From contig CALZMY010000121.1 in NCBI GenBank assembly GCA_945788675.1, forward strand, positions 1-39,493: a DNA stretch of 39,493 bases, read 5' to 3'. Source of the DNA: an uncultured Gammaproteobacteria bacterium (GTDB taxonomy: Bacteria; Pseudomonadota; Gammaproteobacteria; SZUA-140). Positions 7,424 to 16,930 of this stretch are shown in pieces (the first letter of the stretch is position 1; the number at the start of each line of letters is the position of its first letter). Both the position numbers and the translations under genes were made by a program. The notes beneath the pieces are model-generated. The model made no database searches and was not told where the DNA came from. It saw only the letters and a program-made list of their open reading frames with translations.

Positions 7424-9405
7424 ATGAAAACCAAAGGGATCCCCAATATTATGCCAGGGGTGTTATTAGCAGGGTCAATATTGTTGATGGCGGCTTATCC
7501 AGCAGCTGCAAGCGATAACGATGATGAGCGGCATACTCGAGACTTGAACATCACCAAAGTGGAATGAAAAAAAGAAGATGCCAAACTAAAGATCAAAGGA
7601 AAAGGGGCCTCGGGTAATGAAGTCTCTATCTTTGATGCTGACAACGGTAATTTTATTGGTCAGGCTAAAGTCAAAAAAAAGGGTAAGTGGAAATTCACAC
7701 TAAAAAACCCCGACGCCGTACCGTGTGCTATACAGGTGAAGTCTGCTGACGGTGAAGACAACATGACGATAGACCCTCCACCAAACGGTTGCGGTAACAA
7801 TGACAACCCTGGTGCCAGCAGCGATCATCAGGTATTTGCCGTCAATGATCTTGGCATGCACTGCATGGATGATGATTTCTCTGTTTTTTCTATTCTACCG
7901 CCCTTTAATAATCTGCATGCACAGGTGGTGAACAAAGCGGGAAAACCCGTATTGATGAACCCCGATAACGTGGAAGTGCGCTACACGGCCATTGCTGACC
8001 CCAGTGGTTCGATCAATTCCACCAGCATCGGCAAAACCAATTTCTGGGATCATGTTAAGGACTTGTTTGGGGTCTCATCAGAACCCGATGTCGGATTAAC
8101 CGGTGCCAGTATGCCAAGCGAGGTCAATGGACCACAGGTCTTTTCTCACTATGATATCCAGCACAAGCGTTATGTCGCAGACGGTATTCCTATCACACCA
8201 AGGGATGATTTCGGTCAGGAAAACTTTTTTCCACTGCTCCGTATTGAGGCCATCGATAAAAACAGTGGTGAAGTACTAGCAAGTATTGATTCGGTAGTGC
8301 CAGTGTCAGAAGAGATGGCCTGTGCAGATTGCCATCACTCCGGTGGTGAGGCCGCTGATGATCTGACTGCCGCTCGTTATGGTGATGTACAGTGGAGTAA
8401 TGAGATCAAACCCGCAGTGCAATATAGAGAGAATATCCTCCTGTTACACGACGCCAAACATCGCACAAGCCTGATGAACAACCAACCGGTTTTATGTGCC
8501 CAGTGCCACTATTCACCCGCACTGGATCTTGCTGGAGCAGGACCGCAAGGTATACAGAATAGCGTGCCATTTCTTTCTTATGCCATTCATAAGCGGCATG
8601 GAGAGACGCTGGCTGGCACTATTCCTACGGGTGACACACCAGCCATTATCAGTGGCTCAGACACGGAGAGTTACTTCAACTGTCATCCTGGAAAACAGAC
8701 TCAATGCTTCCGCGGTGCGATGGCCACTGCCGGTTCTAATTGCCAGGATTGCTGGCTGTAGGTGGACAGTATCCATTGAAAAACGGCAACATCCGCACGC
8801 CCTGGCTAGATATGCCAAAATGCCAGTCGTGTCACGTTGGCGATGTATTGAATCATCAGGGAAGCGACATTGTGCGTCGCCTGGCATACGACCCTGAAGA
8901 TAAGGCTGCCACACCGATTTTGGCTGACAACAAACGCTTTGCGGAATCTGATACCGGTTTATACCGTTTTAGCACAGGCCACGGTGGCATGGACTGCACA
9001 TCATGTCATGGCAGCCCTCATGCCATCTGGCCCAATGCTGATGAGAATGCCAATGACAATATCGCCGCCACACAAATCCAGGGGCATGCCGGCACCATTA
9101 CAGAGTGCAACAGTTGTCATACGCCGGACAGCCTGCCGCTCACACTGGCAGGACCACACGGCATGCATAACGTCAATGACCCGCGATGGGGTGAAGAACA
9201 CGGCGATCTTTATGAAGACAATCCTGCCAGCTGCCAAAGTTGTCATGGCATAAATCTGGAAGGAACACGCTTATCACGTACCGCTGTCGATCGTACCTAC
9301 CAGACAGATGATGATCATCAGGGTAATAACAGCATCTGGCTTGCCAAGGGTACAGACGTGAGTTACATGTTGTGCCACGAGCGACCAGAAGCGCACGATG
9401 ACTAA
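7424..9405 (+). pseudogene. Disrupted secreted multiheme cytochrome c (9 heme-motif positions)
   Basis: RBS GAGGAGG with ATG at 7424 and a signal peptide (MKTKG...YPAAA). In-frame TGA at 7565-7567; the frame continues into ORF 7736..8761. A frameshift at about 8750 (CQDC/LAVGG) leads into ORF 8740..9405. Six intact CxxCH, one truncated CQDC and two YxxCH. Confidence 0.88.
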
Positions 9406-9408
9406 ACC

Positions 9409-9451
9409 TTAGGTCTGACACCGAAGTGAGATTGCAGACTGTCAGGCCTAA
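9409..9451. repeat. Inverted repeat / hairpin immediately after the cytochrome stop codon
   Basis: TTAGGTCTGACA (9409-9420) and TGTCAGGCCTAA (9440-9451): 12-bp arms with one G-U pair and a 19-nt loop. Confidence 0.6.
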
Positions 9452-9466
9452 AACGCAACAAAAAAT

Positions 9467-9574
9467 GTAGCCCGGGCTGAGCTTATGCGCGCCCGCAGAA
9501 AGTGCCCCTGGGGTAAAACCCGATGAACAATGCTCTGCCCTCCCGGGTTTCGCTGAAAGCTCAGCCCGGGCTAC
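9467..9574. repeat. GTAG-type REP doublet (REPIN/BIME-like element)
   Basis: Perfect 18-bp terminal inverted repeats GTAGCCCGGGCTGAGCTT (9467-9484) and AAGCTCAGCCCGGGCTAC (9557-9574). The right unit, read on the minus strand, is GTAG-CCCGGG-CTGAGCTTTCAGCGAAA-CCCGGG. Confidence 0.75.
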
Positions 9575-9873
9575 TTACTTAATTACATAGCAAGAAAAAG
9601 GAGGAAGGAATGGGTTAAATAAATACTTCGATCTCTTAACACAGGCGTAACCAACTACAAAATCTCTAATGCACGGTTAATCGCATTTTTATTAAACCCC
9701 TCAACGCGGCGATATCCAACATAGATTAGTGGTGTTCAAGATCCTTGCAAAACATTAAAATTTGTCTTTGCTTTATCATTTCTATCCACATCAAAATCAA
9801 TATAAGTAACGCCTTTATCATTAACCTCAGCCACAGTAGCAACTACCCACCCTCCACATGTTAAGATTCCCCC

Positions 9874-10542
9874 ATGCGCTCACCATTTTCACCCCTACGC
9901 CTGTTCATCTTTATCTTCCTGATCGCCTTCATCCTGGCGATAGTTCAAGTGGGTATTATGACCATTGCGTTCGACAAACTCGGTATCTCATCGGATGCGG
10001 CACTGTTACTGCTCTTCAGCTCACTATTCGGCAGTGTGATCAACTTGCCACTCTTTCAGGTTACTGCAGAACATCGCAACCATGAACTACCACCTGCGAT
10101 GTTTCGTGGGCTGTTACGACAGATGGCGAAGACATTCCACGGCAAGACAACGATCGCAATCAACGTCGGTGGCTGCCTGATCCCCTTTGTCTTCTGCCTC
10201 TATCTGATTCAGCATAATGCGCTATCATTGGCACAGCTTGGAGTTGCCACTGCTATTGTGACTGTGGTCTGTTATTTTTTCAGCCGTCCAATTCCTGGAC
10301 TGGGCATCGGCATGCCCATATTTATAGCGCCATTTGCAGCGGCAATTACAGCGCTGTTGATAGGTGGCGAACAGAGCGCACCACTTGCCTATATCTGTGG
10401 CACTCTCGGCGTGATCATCGGTGCCGACATCCTGCGCATTAAAGACATCCGCAAGATGGGGGTGCCGATTGCGTCGATCGGTGGCGCGGGTACCTTTGAT
10501 GGTATATTTTTAACCGGTATCGTCGCGGCACTACTAGCATAG
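9874..10542 (+). CDS. DUF1614-family membrane protein
   Basis: Multi-TM protein with GSVINLP, IAINVGGCLIP, AYICGTLGVIIGADI and C-terminal SIGGAGTFDGIFLTG. Confidence 0.8.
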   Translation: MRSPFSPLRLFIFIFLIAFILAIVQVGIMTIAFDKLGISSDAALLLLFSSLFGSVINLPLFQVTAEHRNHELPPAMFRGLLRQMAKTFHGKTTIAINVGGCLIPFVFCLYLIQHNALSLAQLGVATAIVTVVCYFFSRPIPGLGIGMPIFIAPFAAAITALLIGGEQSAPLAYICGTLGVIIGADILRIKDIRKMGVPIASIGGAGTFDGIFLTGIVAALLA

Positions 10543-10555
10543 TCTGCTGAATACA

Positions 10556-11413
10556 ATGACAACGACTACTAACAGACAAACTATTTTGATTACTGGCTGC
10601 TCCAGTGGCATTGGCCTCTGTGTGGCAGAGGCATTGCATCGACGCGGCCATCAGGTCTTCGCCACTGCGCGCAAACAGGTTGACGTCGACAGACTCACCG
10701 GGCTCGGGCTGACAGCACTGCAACTTGACCTCGATGATAGTGCCTCGATCGAACTCGCTGTCGCGGAAGTGCTGAATCAGACTGGCGGCAGACTTGATGC
10801 GCTGTTCAACAATGCGGCCTATGGCCAGCCCGGCGCAGTCGAAGACCTCAGCCGCGAAGTATTACGCGGCCAGTTCGAGACCAATCTGTTTGGTACCCAT
10901 GAACTCACCTCACTCATCATCCCGGTAATGCGTGCACAAGGTCACGGCCGCATCATCCAGAACAGTTCAGTGCTGGGGCTCGCCGCACTGCCGTTTCGCG
11001 GTGCCTACAACGCCAGTAAGTTTGCACTGGAGGGACTTACCGATACGTTGCGACTTGAGCTGCGCGATACCAACATCCATATATCGCTGATCGAGCCCGG
11101 CCCGATCACCAGCCGTTTTCGCGCCAATTCCTATGACAAATTTCAGCAGACCATCGATGCCGAACAGAGCCCATTCCGCGACGCCTACCTCGGCATGATC
11201 GCTCGCCTCACCAAACCCGGCCCGGCAGCGCCCTTTACGCTGCCGCCGGAGGCGGTATTGAAGAAGGTGATCCATGCGCTGGAGAATCCACGGCCACAGA
11301 TACGCTACTACGTTACGTTTCCGACCTATCTATTCGCGACGCTACGCCGACTCCTCCCTTTTCGCGCGCTCGACTGGGTACTGAGCCGCGCATCGGGTAC
11401 AGAGAATCGCTAA
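10556..11413 (+). CDS. Short-chain dehydrogenase/reductase (YbbO-like)
   Basis: ITGCSSGIG, NNA, catalytic YNASK and IEPGPI. Confidence 0.92.
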   Translation: MTTTTNRQTILITGCSSGIGLCVAEALHRRGHQVFATARKQVDVDRLTGLGLTALQLDLDDSASIELAVAEVLNQTGGRLDALFNNAAYGQPGAVEDLSREVLRGQFETNLFGTHELTSLIIPVMRAQGHGRIIQNSSVLGLAALPFRGAYNASKFALEGLTDTLRLELRDTNIHISLIEPGPITSRFRANSYDKFQQTIDAEQSPFRDAYLGMIARLTKPGPAAPFTLPPEAVLKKVIHALENPRPQIRYYVTFPTYLFATLRRLLPFRALDWVLSRASGTENR

Positions 11414-11430
11414 CAGGCCATTTCAGCCCC

Positions 11431-11462
11431 GATTTCGGGTATAACTGGATTTCGGGTATAAT
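11431..11462 (+). repeat. 14-bp direct repeat (17-bp period) overlapping a probable -10 box of acnA
   Basis: GATTTCGGGTATAA at 11431-11444 and 11448-11461; the second copy completes TATAAT at 11457-11462. Confidence 0.7.
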
Positions 11463-11520
11463 CAGCGGCCAATTGAATGTAACCGACCGTATTTCAGGCG
11501 GTTTTACGAGCCGAGAGCAT

Positions 11521-14316
11521 ATGACACAAACCAATAGTTTCAATACCGAGACCACCCTCACCGTCAACGACAAACAGTACAGCTACCATTCGCTGTCTGT
11601 CCTCCAGAGCGCCAACATTGGCGACATCAGCCGCCTGCCTTTTTCACTGCGCGTATTGCTGGAAAATCTGTTGCGCCAGGAAGATGGGGTTGCAGTCAGC
11701 AAGAATGACATCGAAGCACTGGTTAAATGGGACCCCAAGGCGACACCTGACAAAGAGATCTTTTTTATGCCTGCGCGCGTTTTACTGCAGGATTTCACCG
11801 GCGTCCCAGCAGTGGCCGATCTCGCCGCGATGCGTTCGGCGGTCGATCGCCTCGGCGGTGACCCGCAAAAAATCAACCCGTTTACCCCCGCCGATCTCGT
11901 CATCGACCACTCGGTACAGGTCGACAATTACGGCAGCAGCTCGGCGTTCCGCGTAAATGCGATACACGAACTGGAACGCAATCGCGAGCGCTATAAATTC
12001 CTGCGCTGGGGCCAAAATTCGCTGAATAACTTCCGCGTAGTCCCCCCCGATAACGGCATCGTCCATCAAATAAATCTCGAACACCTGGCACCTGTCGCGA
12101 TGACCGCTGAACGTGACGGCACGACCTGGGTCTATCCTGATACATTAATCGGTACCGATTCTCATAGCACGATGATCAACGGCCTTGGCGTACTGGGCTG
12201 GGGTGTCGGTGGTATCGAAGCCGAGGCGGCGCTGCTGGGCCAGCCCTGTTCTCTGTTAATCCCGCAGGTGGTTGGTTTCTGCCTCAACGGCGCACCAGCA
12301 GCAGGGGTAACTGCGACCGATATCGTACTGACTATCACACAGAAACTGCGTGAGCACGGCGTAGTGGGTAAGTTTGTGGAGTTTTATGGCCCGGGACTGG
12401 CCCATCTGTCACTGGCAGATCGCGCCACCATCGCCAACATGGCACCAGAATACGGCGCCACCTGCGGCCTCTTCCCGATAGACGAAAAGACGACCGAATA
12501 TCTGGCACTCTCCGGTCGTAGTGACAACGTTGCACTGGTCGAGGCCTATTCTAAGGCGCAGGGGCTGTGGTACACACCAGAGCAGAAGACGCCTGATTAT
12601 TCAGCCATCATCGAATTTGACCTCGGCAGCGTCGAGGCATGTCTCGCCGGTCCGAGTCGCCCACAGGACCGCGTACCACTGAGCGACGTACGCATGTCAT
12701 TCCGCAAGGCGCTGATCAAACAGTTACAACAGAAAGATAACAACATTGAACAGGATGCCATTACTGACTGGCTCGATGAAGGCGGGCAACCGATGATGAT
12801 GGCGCCGGAGCTGGCACAGGAGACCACTGGCGAGACACTGGATGCGTTTGAAAACTGCGTCCCCGTGCGTCAGGCCGATGGCGTCGCCTATAATCTTTGC
12901 CACGGTTCGGTGGTGATCGCATCGATCACCAGCTGCACCAACACCTCCAACCCGACAGTGATGATGGCGGCAGGTCTGCTAGCGCGTAACGCCATCCAGC
13001 GTGGTCTACACAGCAAACCGTGGGTTAAGACCAGCCTTGCACCTGGCTCCAAAGTCGTCACTGATTATCTAAAAGACGCCGGTTTGATGCCTTACCTGGA
13101 AGGCCTGAACTTCCACCTGGTCGGTTACGGCTGCGCCACCTGTATCGGCAACAGCGGACCCTTGCCAGAACACATCACCGAAGCGGTCCAGACCGGCGAT
13201 CTCTCTGTCGGCGCGGTACTCTCCGGCAACCGTAACTTCGAAGGTCGCGTCAATGCACATGTACGTGCCAACTACCTGGCATCGCCCCCCCTGGTGGTCG
13301 CCTATGCTCTGGCGGGCAATCTCAACATCGATCTCGCGCGCGACCCACTGGGCGTCGGCCCCAATGGTGAATATGTCTACCTCAAGGATATCTGGCCATC
13401 ACAGGAAGAGATCGCTGAAGTGGTACAACAACATGTGGGCGCAGCACAGTTTGACCGCAGTTATAGCGACATCTTTAAGGGCGACAAAGAGTGGAATGAA
13501 CTCGATGTGCCGGAAGGTGACCTGTTCCAGTGGCAGGAAGATTCAACCTATATCAAGGAACCGCCGTTCTTTGCCGACCTGACACAGACCCCGGCACCGC
13601 TAAACGACATCAACGGCGCGCGAGTCCTGGCACTGCTGGGTGATTCAGTCACCACCGATCACATCTCGCCAGCCGGCTCGATCGCTGAAAACAGTCCGGC
13701 CGCCAACTACCTGATCGAACAGGGCGTCGCGCAAAAAGACTTCAACTCCTACGGTTCACGTCGCGGCAACCATGAAGTGATGATGCGCGGCACCTTTGCT
13801 AACATCCGCCTGCGCAATCTGCTGGCACCGGGTACCGAGGGTGGCGTGACACGTCATCTGCCCGCAGGGACTGAGATGTCGATCTATGACGCCTCTGCCA
13901 AATATCAGGCCGCAGGGACACAGTTGATCGTCATCGCCGGTAAAGAGTACGGGACCGGTTCATCTCGTGACTGGGCCGCCAAGGGACCCAAGCTGCTCGG
14001 CATCAATGCCGTGATCGCGGAGAGCTTTGAGCGCATCCATCGCTCCAATCTCGTCGGCATGGGCATCCTGCCACTGCAGTTCAAAGCAGGTGATGACGCA
14101 GCGAGTCTTGGATTGACGGGTGAAGAGACCTTCGCCATCACCGGACTCAATGCACTGACACCGGGGCAGACCATAGAGGTCATCGCCACCGCAGCAGACG
14201 GTTCAAGCAAAACATTTGAAGTACTGACGCGTATCGACACTGCGAATGAGATCGAATACTTTCGTCACGGCGGCATCCTTTCATACGTGTTGCGCCAGAC
14301 CCTCGCCGCCTCTTAA
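11521..14316 (+). CDS. acnA: Aconitate hydratase A
   Basis: [56 protein letters not shown] (Fe-S Cys ligands), TTDHISPAG and [10 protein letters not shown]. The ATG at 11521 fits the usual N-terminus better than the TTG at 11473. Confidence 0.97.
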   Translation: MTQTNSFNTETTLTVNDKQYSYHSLSVLQSANIGDISRLPFSLRVLLENLLRQEDGVAVSKNDIEALVKWDPKATPDKEIFFMPARVLLQDFTGVPAVADLAAMRSAVDRLGGDPQKINPFTPADLVIDHSVQVDNYGSSSAFRVNAIHELERNRERYKFLRWGQNSLNNFRVVPPDNGIVHQINLEHLAPVAMTAERDGTTWVYPDTLIGTDSHSTMINGLGVLGWGVGGIEAEAALLGQPCSLLIPQVVGFCLNGAPAAGVTATDIVLTITQKLREHGVVGKFVEFYGPGLAHLSLADRATIANMAPEYGATCGLFPIDEKTTEYLALSGRSDNVALVEAYSKAQGLWYTPEQKTPDYSAIIEFDLGSVEACLAGPSRPQDRVPLSDVRMSFRKALIKQLQQKDNNIEQDAITDWLDEGGQPMMMAPELAQETTGETLDAFENCVPVRQADGVAYNLCHGSVVIASITSCTNTSNPTVMMAAGLLARNAIQRGLHSKPWVKTSLAPGSKVVTDYLKDAGLMPYLEGLNFHLVGYGCATCIGNSGPLPEHITEAVQTGDLSVGAVLSGNRNFEGRVNAHVRANYLASPPLVVAYALAGNLNIDLARDPLGVGPNGEYVYLKDIWPSQEEIAEVVQQHVGAAQFDRSYSDIFKGDKEWNELDVPEGDLFQWQEDSTYIKEPPFFADLTQTPAPLNDINGARVLALLGDSVTTDHISPAGSIAENSPAANYLIEQGVAQKDFNSYGSRRGNHEVMMRGTFANIRLRNLLAPGTEGGVTRHLPAGTEMSIYDASAKYQAAGTQLIVIAGKEYGTGSSRDWAAKGPKLLGINAVIAESFERIHRSNLVGMGILPLQFKAGDDAASLGLTGEETFAITGLNALTPGQTIEVIATAADGSSKTFEVLTRIDTANEIEYFRHGGILSYVLRQTLAAS

Positions 14317-15095
14317 TGCGGCCCCGAAAAACGCTTAAGGCGCTGAGCATTTTGCTCAGCGCCTTTTTAATGTCATCCGCGCACGCCATCGTCAATATTG
14401 AAGAGATGCGTGGCAAGCCACAGCAGGATGGCTGGAGTGGCAACGTCAGCGTCTCTGTCAGTGGTGATTCGGGCAATACTGACAAGACAGGCGCCAGCAC
14501 TGACGTGCAGCTCTACTGGCGACGCGCTCATATCACCCGCCTGATTGCCGCCAGCTACAGCTATGGTGAAAACAGCCGTGCCCGCGACACCAACAAGGGC
14601 TTTATTCATCTGCGCCACATCACGCAACAAACGCCGGGCATGGCGCTGGAGGTTTTTACTCAGGCGACGCGCAATGAATTTTCACGCCTTTCATTACGTA
14701 CGTTGCTTGGCGCAGGCACCCGCCTGACCCTGCATGAAAAAAACACCACCGACAGTGCCTACCTGGGTCTAGGGGCCTTCTACCTCAGTGAAACACTGGA
14801 AAAACGTGCTGGTCTCAGTGATGACGGCACGAAAAAATTCTGGCGCGCTAACCTCTATCTCGCACTACGATATCGATTCAATGACTACACGCGCATTGCC
14901 AGCACCACTTACTATCAGCCGGCACTCGATAATGGTGATGACTACCGTATTCTCGAAGAGGGGAATCTGAAGGTCAAACTCAGCGACACGTTAGCTCTAA
15001 AGCTCACTATCGAAATCACCCACGACAGCGAACCACCACAATCGATTGAGAATACAGACATTAGCTACAAAACTGGGATTGAATACCAATTTTAA
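14316..15095 (+). CDS. DUF481/YdiY-family outer-membrane beta-barrel protein
   Basis: Signal peptide (SSAHA-I), SGNTD motif, alternating beta-strand pattern and C-terminal GIEYQF Bam signal. The start overlaps the acnA stop (TAATG). Confidence 0.8.
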   Translation: MRPRKTLKALSILLSAFLMSSAHAIVNIEEMRGKPQQDGWSGNVSVSVSGDSGNTDKTGASTDVQLYWRRAHITRLIAASYSYGENSRARDTNKGFIHLRHITQQTPGMALEVFTQATRNEFSRLSLRTLLGAGTRLTLHEKNTTDSAYLGLGAFYLSETLEKRAGLSDDGTKKFWRANLYLALRYRFNDYTRIASTTYYQPALDNGDDYRILEEGNLKVKLSDTLALKLTIEITHDSEPPQSIENTDISYKTGIEYQF

Positions 15096-15358
15096 TTTTG
15101 GCTATGTGAGCGCCGGGAGCATTCAGCACCTACAATAACGACAGGCTATATCAAAACCACCATTTAACCGCCCCAGCAAAACAATACATTACAAAACCAG
15201 CTTCAAAAACCACCCTCATCTGTCAATTTTATGGCGAAATAGTACTGCCCTGTGTATAATAATTTTCAGTTGCAACCAACAGAATTATCATAGCGCAACA
15301 CAGAATTTAGAGACTAGTATCTCAAATTTTACTTTCGGTACTCGTGGAGGAAGCAGTA

Positions 15359-15643
15359 ATGGCGGCAGAACTGAGAAAATATCCCCGTATCAACACGGCA
15401 CTTGAAATCAACTATTCAATGGATGATGCTAGCGAGGCATCTAGCCCATTTGTTGGCACCGTCACCGACCTCAGCAAAAGCGGCGCAGGCCTGCTGGTCG
15501 ACCAGGTACACCGCCCCGATGATATTGTCTGTCTTGAAGGGGTTGGCGGCGCAAAAAAACCACTGAATAGCGTCGTCAAATGGGTTAGAAAAACTCAGGG
15601 AAAATATCGCATCGGCGTAAAGTTCGTCCGCACCCCAACTTAG
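15359..15643 (+). CDS. Stand-alone PilZ-domain protein (c-di-GMP receptor)
   Basis: RKYPR (RxxxR) and DLSKSG (DxSxxG), VKWVR and IGVKF. RBS GGAGG lies 8 nt before the ATG at 15359. Confidence 0.85.
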   Translation: MAAELRKYPRINTALEINYSMDDASEASSPFVGTVTDLSKSGAGLLVDQVHRPDDIVCLEGVGGAKKPLNSVVKWVRKTQGKYRIGVKFVRTPT

Positions 15644-15649
15644 GCAAGC

Positions 15650-15684
15650 TCCCCTTTTTCCGCCAACCTGACGGATAAAGGGGA
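15650..15684. terminator. Hairpin downstream of the PilZ gene, possible terminator
   Basis: TCCCCTTTTTCCG ... CGGATAAAGGGGA, 13-bp arms with one mismatch. No clear U-tract follows. Confidence 0.4.
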
Positions 15685-15824
15685 ATAGTACTCCCCTCCC
15701 TCACTGCACTGTCGTGCAACCTTGTATTTTACCTTTGCAATAGGCACAGTAGCGTAACCACCGTCCATCGCCACCCGGCCAACAACGGTGACACTCGAAC
15801 ATCGTCAAAGCGGAGATCACTGCT

Positions 15825-16913
15825 ATGAATATCGATCGTAGCCAAACAGAAGCCCGGACACCCTCATGCAGCCACATAACATCAGGCCTGTTTTTTTTCA
15901 TATTGCTGTTTATTAGCACGCCACTATTACAGGCTGCCGCTGACGAGGTTGAACAGAAAAGCCAGGGCTTTGGCAGTACCTATCAAGAAGCGCTAAACAG
16001 CGCCTTGCTGACAAGCGTACAACAGGTGCGTGGCGTTGAGGCGGGTACCGCTAAAGGGTTACGCTTCGACCTCAATGCGATTTCCGCGGCCGATACCTTT
16101 CTTCACATCGACGGCAAGATTGAACAGACTGTCGATACCTACACCCAAAGCAGAGGGTGGATCAAAAGCTACGCCGTGCTCGATGTGAAAAAACCTAAAA
16201 ATAAAGATGATGCCTGGCAGGTGACCATCAAGGCAGTGATCCCGATGTACAAACAGGCAGTCCCGGATGACAAACGTCAATCCATCGCAGTATTACCATT
16301 TCGTATCGATGGCGTAGCATTTTCTATCGACAACAGCAGCCACTCACCTTCACGGGTAGCAACACAACTCGCCAACGCCATTCAGACCACGCTGGTCAAG
16401 AGTGAACACTACGCCGTGCTCAATCGTAACTTCGGCAGCGAGCTTAATAACGAACAGCAGTTATGGGCATCGGGAAAGGTTAACCCGATCGAAGCAAGCA
16501 GACTGGGCGAACAACTAGGCGCCGACTTCATGCTACTAGGCCGAATTGACCGCTTCACGCTCACCCACAAAAAAAAGGAACTTCATGGCGTTGACTTCGG
16601 TGAACAAAAAGCAGAGGTGGAACTCTCTTATCAACTGATCGAAAGCGCCACTGGTAAGATTATCTGGTCGGATCAGAAACGCTGGTTCAAACCGGTTAAG
16701 AAAAACAAAAATCTCTTCACGCAGGATGATGAACCACACCCGCTCGCCGCTATTATTACCTCCCTTGGCAATGAGGTTGCAACGGATCTTCTTAAGAAAA
16801 CGGCTCCCGCGTCTGCGCTAGAAAAGATAAGTAGCGCAGCTGAACAGGAGGAAGCGCCAATGCCTGAACGGCCACTGACACCGGGTGCTAGTGACAAGCC
16901 TGTTAACTGGTAA
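15825..16913 (+). CDS. Secreted CsgG/HfaB-family (TolB-N-like fold) protein
   Basis: Signal peptide ending AAA-DE; IAVLPF, YAVLNR...ELNNEQQL, RLGEQLGADFMLLGRI and LIESATGKIIWS. Confidence 0.7.
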   Translation: MNIDRSQTEARTPSCSHITSGLFFFILLFISTPLLQAAADEVEQKSQGFGSTYQEALNSALLTSVQQVRGVEAGTAKGLRFDLNAISAADTFLHIDGKIEQTVDTYTQSRGWIKSYAVLDVKKPKNKDDAWQVTIKAVIPMYKQAVPDDKRQSIAVLPFRIDGVAFSIDNSSHSPSRVATQLANAIQTTLVKSEHYAVLNRNFGSELNNEQQLWASGKVNPIEASRLGEQLGADFMLLGRIDRFTLTHKKKELHGVDFGEQKAEVELSYQLIESATGKIIWSDQKRWFKPVKKNKNLFTQDDEPHPLAAIITSLGNEVATDLLKKTAPASALEKISSAAEQEEAPMPERPLTPGASDKPVNW

Positions 16914-16930
16914 GACGAGACTGTAAGGTA

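Noticed and set aside
7565-7567. In-frame TGA as selenocysteine or as Trp under an alternative genetic code
   Set aside because: TGA ends ordinary genes in this window (3680, 23733, 25112) and TGG is used for Trp throughout. The A-rich downstream sequence shows no SECIS-like hairpin, and the same gene has a frameshift and broken heme motifs.
8735-8765. Programmed ribosomal frameshift joining the two cytochrome ORFs
   Set aside because: There is no slippery sequence, and the His of CxxCH is missing in both frames, which indicates a deletion.
15273-15307. ACAGAATT repeated at a 21-bp period upstream of the PilZ gene
   Set aside because: Only two short copies in AT-rich DNA; not distinguishable from chance without comparative data.
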